The notes beneath the pieces were generated by a model that was not told the DNA's origin, searched no databases, and was given only the letters and a program-made list of their open reading frames with translations. A stretch of 64,000 nt of DNA from Auanema rhodensis (taxonomy: Eukaryota; Animalia; Nematoda). Of the stretch, positions 39,625 through 52,800 are shown piece after piece (within the stretch, counting starts at the first letter, position 1; each line of letters opens with the position of its first letter). The stretch covers positions 16,988,001 through 17,052,000 of the forward strand of contig OZ059896.1 of the NCBI GenBank assembly GCA_964057225.1, read 5' to 3'. A program made the position numbers and the translations under genes.

Positions 39625-41480
39625 ATGATTGGTAGGTTTCAATCATTTCACTTTTCAATTTAATTCTTTAATTTTTAAACAAAAGTTTAAATTTTCTTCA
39701 ATAAAGAGAGCAAAATCACCTTTTTTCGATGATATTAATCGTTTGCATTGCTTTTAAGTGTTGCTTAAACTTAAATTAAAACATAAAACTTTAGAAACTT
39801 TTTGAATTATATTATAAGCTTTTAACTATTTTATAATATTTAAGTATTATTCATTCTTCTTGCTACATATGTTCATGCTACACCTCGACTTGTCGATGAT
39901 TCACACTTTTTAACACGTGTTCGTAGACAATATTATTTATGTGGAACATATCCAAACCAATATTACAGTAATGATCGTACGTTTTTAAAAGTTGTAGAAG
40001 TTTTAAAGTTTGTATGTGATATTTAGCATGTTCAACATCAAATAGATGTCCGAATGCGGGAATATATCTTGGAGTAGGATGTACTAGCTCAATTCAATGT
40101 ACTCCATATTTTGCGTGAGTATATAGAATATACAGATTTTCATATATATATACATATATAGTTAATAGTTAATATATATTATAAATATAAAAGTATAGTA
40201 ATAATTAAATATTTTCTTCATCTATAAATTATATAATTTTTTTTAAACTTTAGAGGAACATCTACTTGCATTAATAATAATTGCTGCACGGTTCCAGCTG
40301 CACCTACAACACCACCAATCAATCTGAACAAATTCGGTAAGCGATGACTTCAAATAATTAAAATATCAGTGAAACAACATTAGTAAAAAGCAAAAAAACA
40401 AGAAGAAATAATACAAATTATTATATGTAAATACGTATATTTGCCAAAAATAATTTGTATTTTTTCTTTTAGTAATTTGCTTTTATAACTTATTGTAAAT
40501 ATATATATATATATTAATATTTACATATTAATATGGTATTTTTCATGAATGCAACCACTTGTACATATCCAAGAAATATAAAATAAGAATTACGTGAAAA
40601 TTACGTGAAAACATTATATCTCATATGTAAATTATATGAACAACTCTATAAAAATCGTAGGAGTATATACATAACATAATAGAATATCATAATATTATTA
40701 TAATAAAATCAATTATATCGTTGTATATAATAATAATAATTATTATTATAGATATTAATATATATCTTGTAGAATAATCTCTTAAAAATATTCTTGCTTT
40801 AGGTTATTGCCCAAGTGGACAATTATCAGAAGTGCGATGTAGTGGCAGAAATCAGTGTCCTAATGGCCATGTTTGCATGACAGGGCTCTGTTGCTCAATA
40901 ACTGGAAATGAGTTTCAAGGTTATCATTTTAACTTTTGAAATTAGCTAGAAATTATAAAGAATATATATATTTATATAGATAGATAGATATAAACACATA
41001 AACATATTAATTTTTTTACATTATATATTTTTAAACAAAAAATTGAACTTTTAACAATACATATTCCCTAGAGTATATACTACTAAATATATATATATAT
41101 TTTTAAACTTTTTTTTACAGTGGCATGTGGAAATCAATTAGCATTAGGCGTTTGTACAAGTGGATCATGTAATGTTGGCATCTGTACCTCATCCAATTAC
41201 TGCTGTGAATGCAGCGTTGGTCGCAGTGGAGGGCGAGCTAGAAATGTAAATAATTTTTAACCAAAATTTAAAAAAAAAATAATACAAAAATCAAGCATTT
41301 AATAATATAATATGATCAAAATTGCTACATTTACAGGGCTACTGTGATCCTGGATATTCATGTAATAGCTTGGGATATTGTTGTCCAACATGTCCTGGCA
41401 ATATGATGCCATTTGGTACCTGTCGTAACGGAGTTTGTGGAGCAGGCCGAACATGTAGACCAGGAAATATCTGTTGTTAA
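39625..41480 (+). CDS. Secreted cysteine-rich protein with repeated CC-ending modules (CC/WR1-like)
   Basis: Spliced: MIVLFILLATYVHA..RVRR/QYYLCG..CPNAGIYLGVGCTSSIQC..CINNNCC..CPSGQLSEVRC..CMTGLCC..CTSSNYCCEC..GYCCPTCPGN..CRPGNICC-stop; about 7 exons. Confidence 0.85.
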
Positions 41481-42223
41481 ATTCAAGTACAAATTCTGAG
41501 CCGACTTATGTATATTTCTCAATATATTGTGTGAACGAAAAAATGTGTATCGAACCTCAGAAATTCGACTATTTCATTCATATTTTTATTTTTATTTTAT
41601 TTTGAAAAAAAAAGAAAGAAAAGATGATTAATCTAATTTATGGGTAGCTATTACGACTTAAAGATTTATTTTTCAAAATAAATATATGTAATTTTAATTT
41701 TCTTAAACTTCGACTTGCAAATCTTTGTCGAGTTTAAACAAATTCACCTTTCCATTCATTCATATGCTTTTACTAATAATGATGTCATGAAGTCATTAAG
41801 CATATTAACTCAAGTTGATATGCAAACTATTCGTCTATTTTCCTCCCTCCCTCCAAGCTTGTTTGAAGAAGCACTAACCGATTATAAGAAAGAAAAGAGC
41901 GATTTTCAGTCTTTCAAATTCATAACACCTGGTTGCCATTGCACATGCGTATATGTATGTATATGGCATTATGATTATCTACATTTTCATTTGTGTTCTT
42001 CTCAACTATCATATATCTTTATGTTAAAATAAATAAAGAATACATTTATTTTTTTTATATTTTAGAATTATAATAATAAATTAAAAAGATAATTAGTTAA
42101 CTATATATCTATATAAACTAATTACTATACTATATTTATCTTCTCTTCTTGATTCAATCTTCTTCTTTCAACGCCTATATTATACTATTACAACTCAAAA
42201 TTATTTTATTAATCCCTTTTTGG

Positions 42224-43561
42224 ATGACAACTCTTATACAAGGTTCCAATCGTATTTATATTAATAGTTATGCTCTTAAAATCGTCTTCAATTCTAATGA
42301 ATCTATACCCACAATACTGTATGCATTAGAAATTTTAGTTTTAACGGTAAGATCGAACTTATTCAAGTTGCAAGTAGCAACTTAAATCATTTTTCATTCA
42401 AACCATTAAATGTCATGTTTTACATATTAAGATTGGACTTGTTATGATTTATCTTTTGGGTAGAATAGCAATAGTTAAAAAAGGAGTTCATATAAATCTT
42501 CTCGTAGTTATTTCAAGCACATTTATCTTTGCCATCTTCTATAGTATTGGACGTTTTTTGCTTTTACTTCACGAAACAGGAATTATTCCTGTAAAAGGTA
42601 TTTTTAAAGCAAATAACTATATTTATAATTTTTTTAGATGGAGAATTAAATTCAGTGTTGATATCATCTAGCATGTTCAATCTATTCTGTCTTTTCTATG
42701 TTCCATCGACATTTTTTGCAGTCATCAGTGAAAGGTAAACCTTATTTCAATTCGACTAGCATTAATTCCAAGTTTTAGGGTTTGTGCTACATTCTTTCTA
42801 GTTGATTATGAGAAAAGACAACGATTATACATTCCTGCTACTATTATCTCAACTTTAACAACTTTGTCAATCGTAGCTTCGGTACTAATGACATTTCATA
42901 TCACACATCTTGGTGTTCTTGTTTCAGTTGTAGTATTTACAACTTTTGTTGCTTGTTTGGTGAGTTAAACATTTTTGTTCCTTTTCTACTTTTAAACAAT
43001 TTTATCAAAAAATACTAATGTTGTATACTATTCATATAAAAAATTTGTTATTTCAGGCGTATGTTTGGCTATTTCTATACAATCTAAAGCTCTTCAAAAA
43101 AATAGAAACTATATCTTCAAGTCAGTATTCGTTGAGTAAAAGATTCCAATTACAAGAAAATATACGGGTATTTCATGTAATTATTGCATTTCTAAATAGT
43201 TTCTTATTCTTTCAGTCATTCCAGATTTTTAAAAAAGTCTTCCCTGTATTAGCTATCTTAGTGTCTATGATCATTGTCTTAGAATATATCTTAACTACTT
43301 CTCAATATACATGGCAAAGAGCAGAAACATTCGAAATATTAAAATCAAGGTGATATTTTCCTTAAACCATTTCAAATTACCTCATTTATTTTTAGTTTAA
43401 TACCATCTGTTTCATTTTTATTATTATGTTCATATGATAGATGGCGAGAAGAACTTCTTCGTCTTGTATGTCGGCGAACAGAACGTGCGAAAGCTGTGAC
43501 ACAAGATGTTCAAGAATCCACAGATGCCTATTTTCGAATTTTTAATAATTCCTGGAAATAA
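42224..43561 (+). CDS. Serpentine chemoreceptor, Sre class
   Basis: VHINL, ERVCATFFLVDYEKRQRLYI, YSLSKRFQLQENIRV and C-terminal ESTDAYFRIFNNSWK-stop, all typical of Sre receptors. Confidence 0.85.
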
Positions 43562-44407
43562 GAAATATATAACATAATCTGTTTTAATCATTATAGAATT
43601 TATATAAATAAACTTTGATGTGTATATATGTATATCTGTATTTCTAATATATAATATTTCATTTATTCTATTAGTTTTGCTCATTCTGTTCATCTATTGA
43701 ATATTTAAGACAAAGGAAATTTCTACTATATCTTGATTAATACATACATACATACATATATTTGTACATATATATAGTATAATATATACTATACTATATA
43801 TAGATATATAGATATATACATAATTAGTATTTGAGTTTTCAAATAAATATCTCTTTTATTTTTGTTTCAAATTACGGCAACATTCTGAATAATGTTGTAG
43901 GTGTGTATCAAGAAGAATACTCTGATTTCATCAGTTATTACATAAACATTTTCATTTTTTAAATTAAAATAAGAAGTATGAATAGAAACATCATGCTACA
44001 ATTCATTCATCAAAAGAACAAGAATATTACTTTAGATGTTGTTGCAAATTTTCTTTCACTTTTTCATTATCATAGCCATATATGCATAGTATATCAGATT
44101 ATGACAAAGTGTTAAAACTTTGTGAAGAATATTGTTTTAAATAAACTTTTACAGCCTCACTATCTAATAATATTTATACATTCTATAGAAGATTAAGCAA
44201 TTTTAAAAAGAAAAAAATATATAATTATTAGTTTTATTGTTATCAGATTATATAAATATATTATCAAATTTACATGATATTATGTAGGAAAAGTGTCAGC
44301 TTACAGATAGTTTATCATATTAAAATGAATCAAAAAAATGTGCGAAGATAATGATGAAGAAAACGCATGAGATTTTGAAATTCAGATGAATTATATTATT
44401 ATTATGT

Positions 44408-46469
44408 CTACCAACTTTTTGTTATATAACTTATAACTGGAGTAAATGATACACCACATAAGATTCCTATAAATATAATAATAATACATATTATGTACTT
44501 AGAAGAATTATAAAATATACCTAACATCAGAGCAATAGATGCCATCATTCCACTAATTTTTTGATATTGAGCTGGAACAACACTGAAAATCATGTATAAA
44601 CTGAATCATTTTCAAATATTTTCAAATAAACCTTGGAGTGTATATCATTGCCAAACTACTGAAATAACCACAAGTGAAAGCAAGAGTTGTGCAGCCGAAG
44701 AATGGCCACCATTCACTCTCAAAGATAACCTGATATATGAAACGTTCACTGATCAAGTTCACATTAGTTATTTAAAAACCTCATGTTTTCTTGAATTTGG
44801 TAAATAATTGCAATACATGAAGAAAGGTAGGAAGCCAATTCTTAGGAGATTTGGGACAACAAGCCAACGGGGAGATGGCTGAAAACATATTTTCAATACT
44901 TCATATAAACTTGTAATAAAGAAGTTTCAATAAACATACAAATTGTACATAATTGGCAAGTGTCGAACCAGCAAAAGCAAACAAGTTAAAGTTCAAAAAC
45001 GTATTTATGGCATAGTACAGATTATCTAAAATAATTTAAAAATCAATAATAAAAAGAAATGTCACCTGGAAATACGGAATGTTTTCCACTGTTAGGAGGA
45101 GAATAAAAGGGTGTGTCGGTCATCATAGCAGGAAATATTGTTAAAGAAATAAAATAAACAAAGAAATTATTAAAAAGTTGAACCCAGCACTTGAAAAGAA
45201 AATTAATTACAATAACGATTTTTGAATAAAATTAAAACTCACAAGCTTCAAACAATCCCAATATTGAGCTAAAGATAGATTTTCAGCATCTTCATTTTTA
45301 CGATTTTCAAATCCTAATGCTATGTATTGTTTATAAAAAGGCTGAAATATATATAAATATAGTCAAATATAAAAATATTATTCAGAAAACTAACAATTTT
45401 AACTAAAATATACAATGATATCAAACAGCAGACCAAAATTCCAAGAGATATCGAGAAGTATAGTAAAGCATTAAGTTCGATATTATCAGGAGAAACTAAA
45501 ATCAGTTGATTGTAACTTCTAAATAAAACGAGAAAAACATACTTAAAGTTGTCATTATGCTCATTAAGCTGGTAAAAACTCCACAAAGATTATTTCCAAT
45601 AATTAAAGCATTAATATAATTATCAGGGAAATCAGCACATATACCATAAACAGAACTTTGATATATTCCATTAGCTAAGTTCATTAACATAATGATTATT
45701 AATGTAACTATATAAAACCATTTCATATCTAAATTATTATTTTTTTATAAAATAAGATCTGTCATCTATTTCTAAACAAGTGAGTACAACTTACTTTCAC
45801 CATCTGGTCCAGGTTGTGAAAAAATTACAAAAACTATAATTATTCCAACCAAAATACAGTTTACTATTAATGGAATAACAATTCGAAGCATGAGTGAACC
45901 ACTGAAAATTCTTGGATATATTTCACATCATTAAAGATTTAAAATTAAAAAAAAAGAATTAGGTGCTCAAGTTCAACTTACAGATATGCTAATGCTGCAT
46001 TGAAAAACATGATACCAACATTTGGAACTTGAGATGTTACACCAATAACACTCATGAAACTGTTAGCATAGTGTGTTGGTACTCCATTAATTGAAAACCA
46101 ATAATCACGATAATACTGAAAAATAAATTCAAAAATAAACATATCACATGAGAGATTTCTAAAGTTTAAAGGTTAATATACCTGAGGCGCTATTGTAATG
46201 AACATATTCCATGACATGAGCATTCCTACACCATGTAGAAGAAAAATAAAATATACAATGTAATATGGATCTTTGGCTGTTATGGTTTTAGGTTCCACAA
46301 GCTCTTGTTCCTCAGCATTAAATTCATCTTCTGGATCCGGACACGTCGGCTGTGTCATTTCACCGTCAATCCACGATATTTTCACTCCGCGCACATCGGA
46401 AGTCGTGGGCACAAAATCAGGATGATCAGTCGAAACTGTGCCATCTCTCAGCTTGTACTCAATCGACAT
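44408..46469 (-). CDS. Equilibrative nucleoside transporter (SLC29/ENT family)
   Basis: DPYYIVYFIFLLHGVGMLMSWNMFITIAPQY, ANGIYQSSVYG..FPDNYINALIIGNNLCG, SLTIFPA, FNLFAFAGS, LRIGFLPFFMYCNY, SGYFSSLAMIYTP, SGMMASIALMLGI. Confidence 0.93.
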
Positions 46470-46825
46470 TTGTGCGAAAGCAGAAATGAAACACAAAAAT
46501 ACAAATGATATAGATGATAGACACAGAACGAATAAATAAGGTGTTAAATACTGAAGATCATCGCTAATGCAACGACGAACTAAACTTTCTAATCTTTAGA
46601 TAAGATTTTCATACCAAATAGAAGAATATTTCGTAGTGATAAGAAGCAAGGTTTTGAATAAAAAGACGGAAAATATCATATATGAATGTCGCAAACACAC
46701 AAATATCTTTTTTTTAAATATTTTTAAACAAATAATTTTAAGCGGATGTTCAAAGAAAAATATAAATTAAAATTCAAAACCAAAAACGGTGTAAAATGAA
46801 AAAAAACTAAGCGGCATGTAAGTAC

Positions 46826-49800
46826 TTAAGTCAGAATATGTTGTAATTTTTCAAATATTGAGATTGAATTTATAGCATTCAGCATGGATGAGTGAGTTCC
46901 GGATATCTGTTGCACCTTGATTTCCGGACACCAACTGTAATTCGAATAAATATAATGTTTAAAATTAAAATATACTTTGTTAATATTAATATGCTAATAA
47001 AATATTTTTTTTTTAATTTAAATAATAAAATAAAAGATTTGAAAAATAATCAAAGTATTATTCAATTATAATTAGCATACAATAATAAAATAAATTCATT
47101 TTATAAACAACAATAATTGTGTTAAAGTTGAACTAACTCACTAACATCAAATAGTGGTTACATACTTACTATTCTTATACTTTGTTTCTCTTTTCGTTCT
47201 TTCCTTCTCTCTCCGTCTCTCTCTCTTCCCTCTCTCTCTCTCTCTTCATCTTTTTTTTCTGCGAAACCAATAAATTTTCAAAAACATTTTCAAGGTAAAA
47301 TACTTACTTTTTCCAAGATAGGTCAGTTCCATCAATAGATAATTGATATAATTCCATATTTGATTTGAAACTCAGCTGATGAATTCGAAGCATTTGTATC
47401 AAATCCCATGAATTTACAAGAATAGAATTCATTATGTCAGTGTTTAAGGTATCATCAATATATGATTGTAATGACTAAAAATCGGAAAATTGATTATTTA
47501 AATCTTATAATCTTGATCATACTAACCAGCTTATGCTCATCAAACGTCAACAATTGCAATTCTTCCAACCTTGATGTTGTATCAATCATAATGATTTTAG
47601 GATTTTGAAAATATTCTGATAAAGCTACTGCTAATGTACCTCCCATGGATGCTCCAATCAAAATGATATTTCCTTCGATTTTTGATGACATGTCATCGTA
47701 ATAGGCTTTGGCTAGACTATTCAAGTCAACAAAATATTTTCGATCTTTCGTTACAAAACTGAATGTATTTGGATGTTCAACACACAAAATTCGGCAATGT
47801 TTCCCATTTTTTATAAGAATATTAATCAAATGTCTATAAATAGCACATCCAGCAAACAATGAATGTATAAAAATGATTGTTTTCTGAACATTTGAAGAAG
47901 TTTTAACACAAGTTATATGTTTTTTAATTTGGATATCCTTCACTATGTTACAAACTTTCAACATATCCTCAAACTTTAAATTATTCAATAGATCTTCAAC
48001 ATCAATATTTTTGTTCTTCTGATTTATGAGATGGCAAATATTTACTAGAAGCATTGAATTGCCACCAACAAAAAAAAAATTCGATTGTTCATCAAAGTCA
48101 GTATGCAAGAGTATTTGTCTCCACCACGAAATCATTTCTGTTTTTGTGATTGTACATGAAACAAACTGAGGCTTATTTAGTCTATTTGAGGGTTCAATAA
48201 GATGCTTTAGAGGCTTATCTGATAAAAGATCTTGAATGTTGCAACAGTTTCCACTAGCATCTAATATTTCTAAAGCTTTTAAGGTTGAACCTCCATTTTC
48301 AAGAAATGATTTTTCATAATTTGAAAACCCATGACAAGCTAGAATATGGAGTATATCCTTTTGAGTATCATTCTTCTCTATCATATTCTTTATAGCTTGA
48401 ACATCAATCTTCAAGTTTGGAGTTAAGGGAAACTGTTTTAAGCAGAAAACATGTGTCGGAGTCATGTAAGACGGAAGATGCATCTTGAAAAATTCCAAAA
48501 TATTTTCCGAACTTAAGTTGGTTTGACATAAAACTGTCAAGCTTTGATTACTTTCTTCCCATATTGCTTTACAAAGACTAATAGAAGAATGTCGACATAA
48601 AACAGATTCAATATCCGACAATTCAACTCGATGTCCACGAATCTTAACCTGTAAATCCCGTCTTCCAATAAAAATTATATTTCCATCTTCAGTTTGTTTT
48701 ACAACATCTCCGGTTTTGTACCAAATTTTCTGATTGAATGAAAGTTTTGATGAAGAAGATGCGTTATTCAAGTAACCTCTCATCATACCCACACCCGAAA
48801 GAAGTAAGATGCCCTCAGAATCTATCGTACATGTAGTATTCTGAATTGTTTTTCCAAGGTTTTGTGGATTATCATTTCTTCTCATTAGTCGAGTTAACGC
48901 ATAAGCTGTTGTTTCGGTTGGGCCGTAGTTCTGGATAACATGTATTCCATAATCAATCGCTTTCGTGAGTAAGTTTCCTGGCAATTTTTCGGCTCCCACA
49001 ATCCAGTATCGAAGTTGTTGTAAAGTTTTGAAAGTTTCATCTTTAAATATAGATACAAGAGCTGGAAACAATAGACAGATTGTTATTCCATATTTGAAAA
49101 TAAGCTTTGTAAGCTGACGTGGTATAGTAGGATGGGCTCCTAGAATAAGACATCCACCGTTGCAGAAAGGCATCCAACTTTCCAAAATGCTATTATCATA
49201 TACGAATAACGTAGCCTGATAAACAACATCACGGGAATTTACAAAAAAGTTCTTAAAATATAAAAAATTAAATTTAAAACTTTGAAAAACTAACCTTGGT
49301 ACTACCATTCATCATATGAGCCATGGATTCCTGTTGAATACAAACTCCTTTAGGAGTTCCAGTAGTTCCCGAAGTATTGATGATATAACCTAGATCGTAA
49401 CCAACATTCTTATTCCAACAGCGAATATTCTCTTTCTTTATTGATTTTTCAATAGAAATATGTTTTAACTTTATGTCTTTCCTATATGTTCCAAGATATA
49501 CATAAATTTCTGAAGTTCTGGAAATAATTTCTGTGATCCTGCTCATTGGTAAATCATCTAGAATAGGCATATAACATGCTCCTGTAAGTAGGACTGCTTG
49601 AATCAAAATGTGAACTTCAAACGAATTATGTGAAATTATTGGAATAACATCGTCAGATCGAATAGGTTTTCCAGTAATTTCAATAAACTGTTGGCTGATT
49701 TTTCGAGAAATTACTTGAATTTTCTCTGTAATCTCTTTGTATTTGAAAGATTGTTCATCACAAGTAATGAATGCCGTATTATCAGAATAGGATTCAGCAT

Positions 49801-52800
49801 TTTTTTTCAAAATTTCATAAACAGTTAAATGTGGGAAATCCGATAAGTTTTGATAATCAGATACAGAACTTCTTATTGTTTTTGTAGTTTCAGTTGAACG
49901 ATCTAAAAACTTGTTGTTTTGAAACAGTAAATACGTGATTTCATGAAAGTTTCTTGCTTTCTTGATCTGTTCAAATACAATTTCCAATGATAGTTCATAT
50001 TCTAAATTGTCTACAAACTCAATAAACGACAACGAATTTCCACCTAATTCAAAAAAATTATCAGATTGTTGTATATTATCCAATTTTAAAATTTTCTGGG
50101 CAATTTCGAGTATTTTCGAGACTTCAGGGTTCAAAATTTTCGAATTAGGTTTGATTATATTAAAATCATTTTTTGATGAAAATTGATTAAGTAATTCATC
50201 TGCAAATTCTTCTAATGACTGTGAATTCATAATACATGTACGAATAGTCATTATATATTTATTTTTATATTTATCAATATCAATTTCTATAGGAAATTGT
50301 AAAACATCTGGTAAATCTGAAAGATCTACATCATTATCAAATTTTTCTTCAAGTGTATATCTGAAATTGATGTAAATTTCAAAAATTTGTTTCAACATTC
50401 GACAGTTTTTTACAATTTCTGTAAAAGGCAAATTCTTTTCCATTATTCTATCAACATTTTCCCCAATTTTCTTTAAACTATGTTGTGAAGAGATATTAAT
50501 AACTAAATTATTTAAGAAATAACCATACACATTTTGAACGCACTTGGGTCTGTTGATGTATGGAAAACCTATGTTTATCGAAGTTTTATTGAAACGTTTC
50601 TCATACAATATACTAAATTCTTTCAAAAAAACTGTAAAAGGTGATATAGATGTTGAACAAAGCATCTCAACACCAAAAGTTCTTTGACATTTTATGATTT
50701 CATGTGAGAGTTCTAAGTTGCAAATCAATAATTCATCACAACGTTCCAAATCAGAAACATGATTCTCAAGTAATTCAATCTTTTTTTGGTTATTCTTAGC
50801 TTGAATGTAGTGGATGTAAGTAAAGTTTTTCTTTTCCAGTTTACTTTCAAGATTTAAATCCTTTTCAAGTAAATTTGTTGTCCAAGCATCGGAGACAATA
50901 TGATGAAGCGATAAATACGCAAAAATCTGATTATTATTGTTCAAGAATATACAGCTAATTGGCTCAGAAGTTGTCACACAGCCCGTATTGTGAAAATTTT
51001 CGATAAAAAATTTCAAATTTGAGATTCGAACGATTTCAGGAGAAAAATATGTTTCAGTCATAGACAATACGACTTGTCGTGTTCCATCTTTGGTTTGCTT
51101 AAAGGTTGTCCGAAATTGCTGATTTATTTGAACAATTTGCAAGAATTTCTTATGATATTTTGAAATTTCAACTGAATCATTTAATTTTTTAATAAAAGGT
51201 AAGACGTAATTCTGTTTGTCTTTGGTTTGTGAGAGAAAAAACATCTGTTCCTGTTCAGAAGATAAAGGATAATACTCTTCCTTAATCGATACATCAGCTT
51301 GTTGAGAATGCTTCGTAACATTGTTAATACAATTCTGAAGAGTTTTTTGAAATTTTTCAAGAATACGATTAATAAACTGATGTGAGAATAAGCTTTGAGC
51401 ATAATCAATAATCAATTTATCTTTATGACTATCTACGAATATAGTCAATGGACATTTGACATATTTGCTTTTATAAGCTTTACAAGTCATAAATTCATTA
51501 TTATAACAAGAATAATTATCAAAAACAATCATTATATCATATAAATGTGTGTTTTTTGAAATATTTAATAAATCTTCATACGATATAAAACTATGAGATA
51601 TAGCTTCAATGATTACTTTGCTACAATACGATATATCATTTTTGAAATTGTTTGTTGATTTCATTAAAAGAATTGATGTATGAACAGCATAATCTATTAT
51701 ATTCTGATGTTTTTCTTGTCGAAAATTTACTGGAAAACCAATAGCCATTGGTCGTTTGTAAATGTTTTGAAAAATGTTTGCAAATATAGCCATTAGAACA
51801 TGAAAGGGTGTGAGCATGCTAGACTGCCATTCAGCTGATAATAGTTTTAAACTGTCATGGAATTTTGGTATCGTTAACTCAATTGTAGATAATGTTCTAT
51901 CAAATGTAGGAGAATATTCAGTAAAATTACTAAATTGACTGAACTGATAATCCCAGAATTGTGTATTAACTTGTTTCAGAGCTTCATATTGACTTGATTG
52001 CCATAGATGAAACTCAGCTAAGTTATCTCGTTCTAAAGAATTTCGCGACAGAACTTGTTGAAAATCTCGTAAAATTATATGAAATGAATATCCGTCAGAA
52101 ATTAAATGATTTAAAGATAAAATAAAACTATTTTCTTTAATATATTTGATGGAAAACAGAGAATTATCTGTATTTTCGGTATTTGACCATGGATTCTGAT
52201 AACATTCAGTACCTGAGAGAATCACTTTCTCAAAGTTTTTCTTTGTTTTTGTAAACTTTAAACGAAGTGAAATATGATGCATGATAATATAATTTATACT
52301 TTGAATTAACAAATTCTTTTCTAAACAACGTAAAAACTTAATTTCCAAGCTGATGTCGTATAAGAACTTATTTTCTATATTTTTGAATGATTTTAGTAAT
52401 GTTTTCTGATTTATAGTTGGTTGAATAAAATTACTAACATCAATTATATTATCATATTGTTTCACTTCTTCAAAAATATTTGAAGATTTTTGAAGAAAAG
52501 AAGATAATTCTCTAGGTGTTGGATGTTCAAATAAGATTTTCAATGGTAAATCTTTATTTAATTCTTCTCCAATTAAATAAAGTAGTTTAATTGAAAGTAA
52601 TGAATGACCTCCGTTTTGAAAAAAATTTGAATCAACTGTCAAATCAGCATTTTCTAGAATATCACAGTAGAATTTCAAAATTCTTTCTTCTAAATCTATT
52701 GATATTTCATGGTTAAGCGGCTCTTCTTTCAATTTACAATTGCTCAAGAAGCTCATGAAATCTTGTTCAAATTGAGCTACAGAATCTGAAGATATGATAT

